64,000 nt of DNA, taken from the NCBI GenBank assembly GCA_963826785.1, contig CAWGYD010000005.1, positions 1 to 64,000 on the forward strand, in the 5' to 3' direction. Positions 29,473 through 39,031 of the stretch are shown one piece after another (position 1 is the stretch's first letter; every line of letters begins with the position of its first letter). The stretch comes from an uncultured delta proteobacterium (GTDB lineage Bacteria; Desulfobacterota; Desulfobacteria; Desulfobacterales; Desulfosalsimonadaceae). Under the pieces are notes generated by a model. It saw only the letters and a program-made list of their open reading frames with translations, made no database searches and was not told the origin of the DNA. The translations under genes were made by a program, and so were the position numbers.

Positions 29473-30126
29473 TCACGCCGATGCTTTTAAATCCTCGATG
29501 ATGCGCTCAAAGACGTGGCGGCAGATTTCATACCCGAAACCCCGCCGCCCCAGAAACCGGGCGACTTTTAATTTCAGGGTCTTTTCCTCCAGATCTTTCC
29601 AGCGGTTCAATCTCGGCAGAACAGCCGCCCATGCCGCATCTTTTTCGTCGACATCCATCAGGCTTTCATCGATCAGCTTTTCATCGATCCCTTTTTCCGA
29701 AAGCTCCCATTTCAGGGCATAGCGCCCCTTGGGCTTGAAGCGCTGCCGGTTTTCGACCCACATGCGCGCAAATTCCGCGTCATTGATGTAGCCGTTTTTT
29801 TCCAGGCGCTCCATGATCATTTCCGTCTGCCGGCCATCGATGCCTTTGTTCTTCAGGTAATCGATCACTTCCTTTCGGCTGCGGGAACGAAATGCCAGAA
29901 AGCGCAGGACGCGGGAATAGGCCAGGTGCCGGGCATCCTCGCGCTTGAATGCCTCGACGTCCGACTCGGAAATGACATCACCGGTTTTAATTCGGGAAAG
30001 GGCTGCGGCAAAACCGGAAAAAGCGTATTCATGATTGATGAACACATTGACCCGGTCACGGTGTTTTTTCTGGAAAGTGATGGCGGTGATGGTCAGTGGC
30101 ATGGGCTCCGGCCTGTGATTTGCCAC
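29473..30126 (-). CDS. recX: Regulatory protein RecX
   Basis: LAFRSRSRKEV, GYINDAEFA, ELSEKGI, FLGRRGF; start may be 30102. Confidence 0.9.
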   Translation of the reverse strand: MANHRPEPMPLTITAITFQKKHRDRVNVFINHEYAFSGFAAALSRIKTGDVISESDVEAFKREDARHLAYSRVLRFLAFRSRSRKEVIDYLKNKGIDGRQTEMIMERLEKNGYINDAEFARMWVENRQRFKPKGRYALKWELSEKGIDEKLIDESLMDVDEKDAAWAAVLPRLNRWKDLEEKTLKLKVARFLGRRGFGYEICRHVFERIIEDLKASA

Positions 30127-30147
30127 GCTCCGGTGAAATTGAACCCC

Positions 30148-31572
30148 TCACGACGGGTTATCGTACTGTGGGTCCATCTCTTCATCTTTGATATTGGCAA
30201 GCTCATTTAACGCCTTTCGGATTTCCCGGGTCCCTTCGATATAGATCCGATGAACATCCGAATATTCCTGCCGGACCTTTGAAAGCGGGAATCGGCCGCC
30301 GGTCTGGATCAGGTGTTTGCGGGCCAGGTCGCGGATCATCTGCCAGCTGTCCTTGCGGGTCTGGGTGTTCAAAAGGACCAGTTGATCGAGATTTTTGATG
30401 CCCGCGCGGTGAAAGTAGGACTTGAGGTACTTCATGGGCAGAAGCATCCAGAAAGTCATGAACAGGATCACCGCAGCGGCTCCGGCAATGCCGCTGACGG
30501 GATCGTACGGTCCTCCCAGGACCCCGGCGTAAAGCCCCCCGAAGACAGCGGCACCGCCCGCCAGGAGGCTGATGCATATCCCGATCAAATTGTACTTGAT
30601 GGAAAACTTCCTGCGCCGGGTGCGGTAGGCCAGCATGGCTTCAAGAAATTGATCCAGCCGTTCGGCGTGGGTTTCCACAAACGTGGCCAGATTGTCCAGG
30701 CGGTGCCTGGGCGCATCCAGAACGGCGCTCTGCAGCTTTTTGCGCTGGTTTTCCAGATTCACCAGGAAACCCTGATCCTCCGTGGGCGGATAGGGGATGT
30801 TTTTCGCCGCCCGCGAGGAATAGGTCAGGTGAATGGTGGGGATATCTTTCCGGCCGGTGATCTGGGAGAGATTCCAGCACAGGGTGCCGTAGACATGGAG
30901 CAGGTCGCTTAAGGAATTGCACTCATCGATCCGGTTGAGCACAAACAGGACCCGGTCCTCAAATGTGCGGGTGGCAATGGTTTCTCTCAAACTGGTATGG
31001 GCTTCCCGGACCGTTCCGGCCTTGTGGGGATCAAAAAGAACCAGCACCAGATCCGCCAATTGGGCCAGGTCGCCGATGACCTGCTGATAGTCATACCCCC
31101 GGTCCCGTTCGGTGATGCTGTCGAGCATGCCGGGCGTATCGATGAGCGCCAGGTTTTTTAAAAAAGGGGAATTGACCTTTTTCAGCCGGAAGTGCGACGC
31201 AAACCGCTGGCCGTGCTTTTTGAGGATTTCAAAGGGGTATTCGGGATCATTGAGCAGGTATTTGCCGTCCCGTTCCATGGTGACGCGGATGTTTTCGGAA
31301 TCGGGTACCGTGTCGTCATAGGTGATAATGGTAAACGAATCATCCGTGGGGGCCTGTCCGATAGCCTGAACGGGCGCTCCCAAGAATTCGTTGATCAGGG
31401 TGGATTTGCCGGATGAATAATTGCCCAGAATCAGCACCATGGGCCGCCACTTGATGGTCGACTCCAGCGGTACATCGCTGTACCCGTATTCCTGGGCGAC
31501 CGGCGACAGATACTGGTGAACCATGGCCACCATTTCCGTGCGCAATGAATTGATAAAATTTTCACGGTACAT
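30148..31572 (-). CDS. EHD-like dynamin-superfamily NTPase with a two-helix membrane segment
   Basis: PMVLILGNYSSGKST, PTDDSF, IDTPG, RGYDY, LFDPHK, VLNRID, VYGTLCWNL; CAGGAG RBS before ATG 31572. Confidence 0.85.
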   Translation of the reverse strand: MYRENFINSLRTEMVAMVHQYLSPVAQEYGYSDVPLESTIKWRPMVLILGNYSSGKSTLINEFLGAPVQAIGQAPTDDSFTIITYDDTVPDSENIRVTMERDGKYLLNDPEYPFEILKKHGQRFASHFRLKKVNSPFLKNLALIDTPGMLDSITERDRGYDYQQVIGDLAQLADLVLVLFDPHKAGTVREAHTSLRETIATRTFEDRVLFVLNRIDECNSLSDLLHVYGTLCWNLSQITGRKDIPTIHLTYSSRAAKNIPYPPTEDQGFLVNLENQRKKLQSAVLDAPRHRLDNLATFVETHAERLDQFLEAMLAYRTRRRKFSIKYNLIGICISLLAGGAAVFGGLYAGVLGGPYDPVSGIAGAAAVILFMTFWMLLPMKYLKSYFHRAGIKNLDQLVLLNTQTRKDSWQMIRDLARKHLIQTGGRFPLSKVRQEYSDVHRIYIEGTREIRKALNELANIKDEEMDPQYDNPS

Positions 31573-31647
31573 GAAGCGCTCCTGCAATTGCTGTCCGACG
31601 GTCTCCAATATTCCCGGTCCGGTTTTGTGCGGGGACCATATGAAAAT

Positions 31648-31860
31648 ATAACCAGCTTGGTTTGTATTAAATTCCGGCCTCCGCCTCAATGGGTGCGTAA
31701 GATCCGAATTTTTACGGGTTCATCAAATATGATGAACCCGTAAAAGCAAAGTTCGTCACTCCGGTGAAAACCGGAGTCTATAACCAACTTAGTTTGTAGT
31801 AGATTCCGGCCTCCGCCGGAATGAGAAAGCGTAAGATCCGAATTTTTACGGGTTCATCAA
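31648..31860. mobile_element. Family-B MITE: full copy 31730-31860 preceded by a partial tandem copy
   Basis: TGATGAACCCGTAAAA / TTTTACGGGTTCATCA ends enclosing two CGTC-type palindromes; reverse complement of 59798-59933. Confidence 0.82.
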
Positions 31861-31964
31861 ATATAGCGCAACTTTCAAAAATGCGCACGGGTACAGATTC
31901 AAAGAGTTCAGTATCAGCAAAAGAATTTCAGGTCAATGAATCAAGGGCCCTTGTTTGGTCCTTA

Positions 31965-33011
31965 CTAAGGCCGTTTCAGTCGATTCATCACACTTGTGAT
32001 TTCTGCCGGTGATAAAACATGCGCTGCCGCATCCAGCTTGATCGCTTCCTGGGGCATCCCGAAAACCACCGATGTTTCCATGTTCTGCACGATGGTCAGC
32101 GCGCCGGCGGAATTCATCTCTTTAAGACCGACGGAACCGTCATTTCCCATCCCCGTCAGCAGAACGCCCATGGCATTTGATCCGAAGATGCGGGATACGG
32201 ATGAAAACAGGTGGGTGATGGGGCGCCGCATCAGGACAATGTGTTTATGACGACTGAGGAAAATCTGGCGGGCGGGCGTGATTTCCATGTAGTGATCCTC
32301 AGGCGCGAAGTACACATGGCCTTTCACCAGGCTGTCGCCTGTTCTGGCGATTTTCAGACAAAGGGCCGTTGATTTGGACAGCCAGTTCAGCATGCCTTCC
32401 AGAAATCCCAGGGAGATGTGCTGGACGATCAGGATGGGAATGGGAAAATCTTCCGGCAGCCCGGCAAGAAGGGTCTGCAGCACGGGCGGGCCTCCGGTGG
32501 ACGCACCGATGGCAATGAGTTCGATGCGGTCGGATTCATCCTGGCGGACGGACACCGGCGGCATTTTGTCGGCTGTTGATTTTCGGTGCCGGGGTTTGAG
32601 CCGCCGGACCACCTTGATCTCAGACATCAGCTTGACGGTCCGGACCAGTTTTTCCACCAGCACTTCGGATTCGGGATGCCCGATGCCGGGCGGTTTCTGG
32701 GAGACCGCCACCGCCCCGGCCTTCATGGCCTGAAAGATATTTCCCGTCTGATCCGGGGCCACCAGGGTACTGTGAATCACGATGGGTACCGGGCTTTTCT
32801 CCATGATGGCCAGGGTGGCATCATACCCGTTCATTTCCGGCATCTGTATGTCCATGATGATGACACTGGGTTTGAGCTGCTGGGCCAGCACAACCGCTTC
32901 TTTGCCGTTTTTGGCAAGGCCCGCCAGCCTCAGATCCGGCTCGGATTCGATGATGTGCCTCAGGTATTCACGGGTGGTCAGGGAATCATCCACTACCAGT
33001 ACGTCGATCAT
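31965..33011 (-). CDS. cheB: Chemotaxis methylesterase CheB (REC plus methylesterase)
   Basis: IGASTGGP, VQHI, LLTGMGNDG, VVFGMP. Confidence 0.95.
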   Translation of the reverse strand: MIDVLVVDDSLTTREYLRHIIESEPDLRLAGLAKNGKEAVVLAQQLKPSVIIMDIQMPEMNGYDATLAIMEKSPVPIVIHSTLVAPDQTGNIFQAMKAGAVAVSQKPPGIGHPESEVLVEKLVRTVKLMSEIKVVRRLKPRHRKSTADKMPPVSVRQDESDRIELIAIGASTGGPPVLQTLLAGLPEDFPIPILIVQHISLGFLEGMLNWLSKSTALCLKIARTGDSLVKGHVYFAPEDHYMEITPARQIFLSRHKHIVLMRRPITHLFSSVSRIFGSNAMGVLLTGMGNDGSVGLKEMNSAGALTIVQNMETSVVFGMPQEAIKLDAAAHVLSPAEITSVMNRLKRP

Positions 33012-33940
33012 ATGGATGTCCCTATGCTCTGATTTCTTCCTTTTGATTTGGCCTCATAGAGGCAGCGGTCCGCCGCTTTGATCATTTCTTCGGTATCGAT
33101 GTCCGATGTTTCGCTCCCTTCCGTGAGGGAGGCGATGCCGAAGCTGGCCGTGATTTGGATCATGTCGCCGTTTGCAGGCGTTTGCGCCTCCGAGACCAGT
33201 TGGCGGCAGCGCTCGGCTACGGCCGTTGCGCCATTCAGGTCGGTTTCGGGCAGCACGATGATGAACTCCTCCCCGCCGTACCGGGCCATCCAGTCAAGAT
33301 CCTTTCTTAAGCTGGTGTCGATGATGCGCGCAAATGATTGCAACACCTTGTCTCCCACCTGGTGGCCGTACTGGTCATTCACCCGCTTGAAATGATCGAT
33401 ATCGCAGATGATGACGGCCAGGGGAGAAAGATACCGCACCGCCCGCTTGAAGGCCTTGGGCAGGTTTTCATTCAAATAGCCGCGGTTGAACACGCGGGTG
33501 AGGGGATCGGTGATGGAGAGCAGCGCAATTTCCCGGTTGCGCTGCTTCAGGGATGCTTCCAGGCGGATAACCCGCTCGGCGGTGGTGAGCCGGGCGATCA
33601 ACTCCGCATCATCCACCGGCTTGGTCAGGTAATCGTCCGCCCCGGCTTCAAGCCCTTCGATGATGTCGAGTTTGGAATCCTTGGCCGTGAGCAGAATGAT
33701 GTAGACATACCCGCCGAAATCATGCTTGCGGATGGCCCGGCAGAGTTCCGACCCGTCCATTTCCGGCATGATCCAGTCGGTGATGACGATGGAAATCTGG
33801 GTGCTCAGCAGGGTGTTCATGGCCTCGAGCCCGTTTTGAACATGGGTGACAGGGTAGCCGTGGCTTTCCAGCATGAGCTGAAATTTCAGCGCCTGGGTCC
33901 GGCTGTCTTCCACCAGGAGTATTTCCAGATCTTTTGTCAT
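33008..33940 (-). CDS. REC-GGDEF diguanylate cyclase (WspR-like)
   Basis: N-terminal receiver; DIDHFKRVND, RKDLD I-site-like segment, RYGGEEF. Confidence 0.93.
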   Translation of the reverse strand: MTKDLEILLVEDSRTQALKFQLMLESHGYPVTHVQNGLEAMNTLLSTQISIVITDWIMPEMDGSELCRAIRKHDFGGYVYIILLTAKDSKLDIIEGLEAGADDYLTKPVDDAELIARLTTAERVIRLEASLKQRNREIALLSITDPLTRVFNRGYLNENLPKAFKRAVRYLSPLAVIICDIDHFKRVNDQYGHQVGDKVLQSFARIIDTSLRKDLDWMARYGGEEFIIVLPETDLNGATAVAERCRQLVSEAQTPANGDMIQITASFGIASLTEGSETSDIDTEEMIKAADRCLYEAKSKGRNQSIGTSI

Positions 33941-33975
33941 GAATTTAGTTATCCTGATTTGAATTATGCTAAATC

Positions 33976-34030
33976 AGCGGCCAGACGAAAACCGTCCATT
34001 TGCCCATATCCTGGTTTTCATCTGGCCGCT
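33976..34030. mobile_element. Internally deleted family-C element
   Basis: AGCGGCCAGACGAAAACCGTCCATTTGCCC...GGTTTTCATCTGGCCGCT matches both ends of 27759-27899; overlaps the cheA stop codon. Confidence 0.65.
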
Positions 34031-36425
34031 AAATTAACCGGTTGAGGACTTCGAGCAGATTGCTCTTGTCAAAATTGTTTTTTACGATATAGGCGTCCGC
34101 CCCCGCATCGACACCCCGTTCCCGGTCGGAGCGGGAATCCAGGCTGGTGACCAGGATTACGGGCAGATGGGAGAGCGACTTGTCTTTACGGATGGCTTCG
34201 GTCAATTCGAACCCGTTCATATTGGGCATCTCCACATCCGAGACCACGGCATCATACGTCCCGGATTTGAGGCATTGCAATCCGTCCGCCCCGTCAATCG
34301 ATGTCTGCACTAAAAATCCGGAGGCTTCCAGAATGTTCTTGAGCAGGGTCCTTGAGGTAAATGAATCTTCCACCACCAGCACGGATCTGGATGATGCATA
34401 ATCCGGCTGAGAATGCACATCGATGACCGCCGCTGGAACGGCGCTTTCGGTGGCGGACTTGATCAGATCATTTACATTGATGATCGGGACCACGCGGCCG
34501 CTTCCCAGGATGGTGGCGCCGGAGATGTTGGTGACCCGCCGCAGCTGTTTTCCCAGGGACTTGACCAGAATGGCCTGCTCCTGAATGATCCTGTCTACAA
34601 TAACGGCCATTTCCTTATCTGCGCTGCTGATAAGGATGGCCGGCAGCCCCCCTGAATGCCGGGAAAAGGAAGCAGGCGTCTTCTCAGCGGCTGGAATTTT
34701 CAGGACATCGCCCAGATCAACCAGAGACAGCGCGCGCCCGTTGAAGGAGAGGACACTGCGGTTTTCCGCCGTCTTGATATTCGCCGGATCGATATTCAGG
34801 GTGTGATTGACAAATGCATTGGGGATGATGAAAAAGTGGCCCCGGGTTAAGACCAGTATCCCCCGGTAGGTGGTAAGCGTCACGGGAAGATCGACAATAA
34901 AGGCACTTCCCCGGCCGGGTTCGTTATTAACGCGAAGGGTGCCGCCGAGCCGTTCGATAACATCCTGAACGATGGCCATCCCGAGCCCACGGCCGGATAT
35001 TTCGTCGATGATGGGGCTGGTGGAGATTCCCGAATGAAAGATCAGGGCGAGGGCTTCATCTTCGGGTATGTTTTTGGCATTTTCGGCGGTCATGATGCCG
35101 GCCTTGACGGCCCTGGCCTTGATGGCGCCGATATCGATTCCGCAGCCATCATCGGACAGCTCGATTTCCACCCGGCTGCTTTCGGGTTGACGGGCGATCA
35201 CCCGGATCCGCCCCCAGGATTTTTTGCGGCTCTTTTCACGAATGACGGGAAGCTCGATGCCATGGTCCACGGCATTTCGAAGCAGGTGAATCAGGGGATC
35301 TTTGAGGCCTTCGAGAATCCGTTTATCCACTTCGATATCGCCGCCGGCGAGTTCGACTTCGACTTCCTTGCCCCGCTGCCGGGCGATTTCCCGGACCATC
35401 CGGGGAATCAGGGCGAACAGGGTGGAAAAGGGGAGAAGCGAGGTCTTTTTCATTTCGTCCAGCAGGTCGTCCACCAGGGCGCCGATGGTCCGGGTATCGA
35501 GTTCCAGCGAGGCGGAAAGCGCGTTGATCTGCTCATAGACGTTTTGCAGATGCGCCTGCCCGGATTCGATAAAGCCGGTAATCCGCTTGCCGGCAAAACC
35601 ATTGGTACCGGCATTTTTGTTCCGGGCCTGGCTTTTGAGTTCGGGCATGATGCGTTTATACTGTTTGCGCCAGTGGCGAAGGATGTCATCGACCCGATGC
35701 ATCCTGAACAGGTGCTGATTGAGGATCTGCTTGATTGAAATCAGCTCTTCTGTTTTCAGCAACAGGCTGTCGAGCTTGGCCGTCGATATGCGCACGGTTT
35801 CGGAAAACAGCGGCTTGGGCCCGGTTGCGCAAGGCGATGGCGTCGACGGGCCGGAAGGCAGCGGCGGGGTTGTCCAGTTGTGATCATCTTCGGGTTCGGG
35901 ATCATCATTGAACTGAACCTGAGCGGGTGAAGAAGTAGTTCCCCGCGTTTTTGAGCGCAAATCGCCGGGATTTGAAATCCTGGCCACGTCTGCCGGCATT
36001 TTCGGCGAGTCCCCGCCGGCGATGGCGCTCTGGATGGCGATCAGCGTTTGCGCGGCCTTTTCAAACTGCGGATTGAGTTGATTGCGCCCGGATTCATCGG
36101 CGGCGATATAGGTTTCGATCAGGGCGGTCGATTCATGGAGGATGTCAAAAAGAGCGGGCGTAAATCCGGATTTCTGCTGTTTCAGCTCGCTGAAGAGGGT
36201 TTCCATGACCTGGCACAGGGATTCGATTGCGGGGATGTTGACCGACCGGGCAGCCCCTTTGAGGCTGTGGGCTTCCCGATAAATGATTTCCACAATCTTT
36301 TCAGATCTGTCCGCATCGTCTGTCTTTTCCAGTTCCGTGAGCCTGGAGAACAGGTTCTCGATGCGTTCGCACGCCTCCTCGGCAAAGGCTTCCAGCAGCT
36401 GTCGTTGCAGTTCCTCTGTATTCAT
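34029..36425 (-). CDS. cheA: Hybrid CheA kinase (HPt-HATPase-CheW-REC, WspE-like)
   Basis: REAHSLKGAA, HLLRNAVDHG, SGRGLGM, C-terminal receiver. Confidence 0.94.
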   Translation of the reverse strand: MNTEELQRQLLEAFAEEACERIENLFSRLTELEKTDDADRSEKIVEIIYREAHSLKGAARSVNIPAIESLCQVMETLFSELKQQKSGFTPALFDILHESTALIETYIAADESGRNQLNPQFEKAAQTLIAIQSAIAGGDSPKMPADVARISNPGDLRSKTRGTTSSPAQVQFNDDPEPEDDHNWTTPPLPSGPSTPSPCATGPKPLFSETVRISTAKLDSLLLKTEELISIKQILNQHLFRMHRVDDILRHWRKQYKRIMPELKSQARNKNAGTNGFAGKRITGFIESGQAHLQNVYEQINALSASLELDTRTIGALVDDLLDEMKKTSLLPFSTLFALIPRMVREIARQRGKEVEVELAGGDIEVDKRILEGLKDPLIHLLRNAVDHGIELPVIREKSRKKSWGRIRVIARQPESSRVEIELSDDGCGIDIGAIKARAVKAGIMTAENAKNIPEDEALALIFHSGISTSPIIDEISGRGLGMAIVQDVIERLGGTLRVNNEPGRGSAFIVDLPVTLTTYRGILVLTRGHFFIIPNAFVNHTLNIDPANIKTAENRSVLSFNGRALSLVDLGDVLKIPAAEKTPASFSRHSGGLPAILISSADKEMAVIVDRIIQEQAILVKSLGKQLRRVTNISGATILGSGRVVPIINVNDLIKSATESAVPAAVIDVHSQPDYASSRSVLVVEDSFTSRTLLKNILEASGFLVQTSIDGADGLQCLKSGTYDAVVSDVEMPNMNGFELTEAIRKDKSLSHLPVILVTSLDSRSDRERGVDAGADAYIVKNNFDKSNLLEVLNRLI

Positions 36426-36441
36426 TTACGTCAAACCGCTG

Positions 36442-38413
36442 CTAAATGGTATAACTTGAAGTGATGTCTTTCATCATATGGGCCGTGGCCTCCAGCCCCT
36501 TGATGGCGTCTTCCAGCATCTTGACGCTGTCGAGGTTCTGCTGGGTCGCGTCATTGATGCTTTCCATGGCCTGGGACAGCTGGTCCATGCCGGAAAGCTG
36601 CTGCTGGTTGGATGCGGTGATCTGCATGGCCGCATTGGCGGATTCCACCACGGCTTTGGACAGGCGGTCGATGGCGTTTCCCGCCTGGTCGGAAAGTTCG
36701 ACCGCTTCCCGGACCGTCTTGGTTCCTCTTTCGGTGGCCATCACCGCCGCGGCGGTGGCCTTCTGGATGTCTTCGAGAATGGCCCGGACCTGGTTGGTGG
36801 CCTCTTTGGACTGATCCGCCAGGGATTTGACTTCCTGGGCCACCACCGCAAACCCCCGGCCGTGCTCGCCCGCTTTGGCCGCCTCTATGGCGGCGTTGAC
36901 GGAAAGAATATTGGATTGATCGGCGATATCCGAGACCGTGTTGATGATCTCTTCGATGCTCTTGGTCTGCTCGGAGAGCTGGACCGTGCTTTCGGCGATA
37001 TAATTCATTTCCTCATTGATCCGCTCGATGCCGGTCATGGTATTCTCGGTGGCCTGTTTGCCGGTGAAGGAAATCTTGGCGGTGGTGTCCGCGCTCGCGG
37101 ATACATTTTCCGCCTTTTCATTGGCGATCTGGGAGGTCTGTTTGACTTCTTCAACGGTGGTGGAGACCTCGCTGATGGAGCTCGATGTTTCCGAGGCGCT
37201 GGTGGCCAGCTGGGAGGCGGTGGTGGAAATCTGGCTGATGGAGGATACCAGCAGGTCCGTGGAATCGATCATCCGCTTGATCTGCTTCCTGAATTTCTTG
37301 ATGGTTTCATTATAGGTTTTGATCAGCAGCCCGATCTCATCCGAGCGGTCCTTATTGGCCATGGTCATTTCAGGGGTGAAAGTTGCCGTCATTGAGCATG
37401 ACGATCCGGTAGGAGAGATCGTTTATGGGACGTGCGATCATGGTCGACTGGAGATATCCCACCAGTGCGACCAGCACGATGAGCACGATCACCGTCCAGA
37501 AGGTGTTGACCCCCATTTTGTGAAGCAGATTGAATGCCTCCGTCCGGTCCACCTTGGTGACAATGGCCCAGTCGAAATCCGTCCCGATTTTTTCATTGAG
37601 CCCCAGGTCGGAATAGGCGCTCAGCACGGCCACCCCCCGGTAATCATGAATGCTCTGGGTCCCCGACCGGTGCTGCAGGGCCGGACCGACCGCTTCGGCA
37701 TTGACAATCCGGGTCAGGGTGGTCGGCTCCGTGCTGAAGCGTGAATCAGTGCGCATGTAGAGGTCTTCGCCCGCCAGGTAGGTCTCCCCGGTTTCTCCCA
37801 TTCCGGTGGAATCCAGCACCAGCGCATTGATCTGGGACGCATTGATCTGAAAGATCAGCACGGCCGTCAGTTCTCCGATATCGCCATAAACCGGGGCCCC
37901 CATGAACATGGCGGGGGGCGCATCGGTTTGATAGGTGATGATATCCGTCAGAAGGGGTTCTTCGGTTTCCATGATCTTTTTCCACAGACGCGTGGTATAG
38001 GCATTCTGATCCGGAGATACGGCCGGATCGATTTGATATTCATGGTTGGAGGCCGCCGAATAGAGCGGGTGGCCGGTTTCATTGAGCACGATGATATCGT
38101 TGTATCCGAAGACCTTCATGTAATAATCGAACAGCGGATTCATTTCCTGGTAGGTCCGGTTGTTGAGCATGGTCCGGATATGCTGGGACCGCGACAGCAG
38201 GATGAGATTGTTCAAACGGTCCCGGATAAAGCCCAGGGTCTGCTCCTGCTTGATCTTGTTGATGGAGGCGATATGGCTGAAGGCCTGGGCTTCCAATGCC
38301 TCCCTGGAGAAAAAATAGGTCAGTGAGCCAAGAACGATCAGTGGGATCAAGCCCACGATGAAAAACTGGATGATCAGCTTGGCCATGATGCTTCTCTTGA
38401 TATACCGGATCAT
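36442..38413 (-). CDS. Methyl-accepting chemotaxis protein, Cache-HAMP-MCP (apparent frameshift at ~37380)
   Basis: TM-periplasmic-TM in 37370-38413; the HAMP continues into 36442-37392 with [20 protein letters not shown]. Confidence 0.9.
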
Positions 38414-38467
38414 AGAAATCTCCTTATCGAAAAACCGACTTTACTGAAAAAAGATTTGAAACCGTTT

Positions 38468-39025
38468 CTATTCGTATGCATCCTGATCGATGCGCATCTT
38501 GGGGTCGGACAGAATTTTTCCGCCATCGATGATGACCAGGCCCTCGGCGGTCACCCCCTTCAGATAGGCCGAACGGACGCCGGTCAGCGTGGGCAGGGAT
38601 GGCTGGAGGGTATTTCGCGGTATGGATCTGACCCCGACGATCTCATCGGCGATGATCCCGAATTCCATATCCGTTTTTGAAAGGATGATCACATGGCCTT
38701 TGTCCGCGCTTTCACGACCGGGAAGGTCGAAAAAAAGCTTCAGATCGATCACGGATATGATTTCTCCCCGGTAATTGATAATGCCGACGATAAAATCGGG
38801 AAGCCCGGGGATGTAGGTGACCGTCTTTAGCGGTTCGATGATGCGGATACGGGACAATTCAATGCCATAGAATTCCCGGGCCAGTCGAAAAACCACCACC
38901 TCCAGGCCATCTGCCGTCCGGGCGGCATCGCTGATGCGGATGCCCCGGGCCAGGCGTTCCGCCCGGGCTTTCAAAATATCCGCCGGCGTCGATGAAACAA
39001 GATGTAGAAAACCGGTTTTTCGCAT
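38468..39025 (-). CDS. cheW: CheW adaptor (WspD-like)
   Basis: ILKARAERLA N-terminus; IVGIINYRGEIISVIDL. Confidence 0.9.
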   Translation of the reverse strand: MRKTGFLHLVSSTPADILKARAERLARGIRISDAARTADGLEVVVFRLAREFYGIELSRIRIIEPLKTVTYIPGLPDFIVGIINYRGEIISVIDLKLFFDLPGRESADKGHVIILSKTDMEFGIIADEIVGVRSIPRNTLQPSLPTLTGVRSAYLKGVTAEGLVIIDGGKILSDPKMRIDQDAYE

Positions 39026-39031
39026 AGGGGT

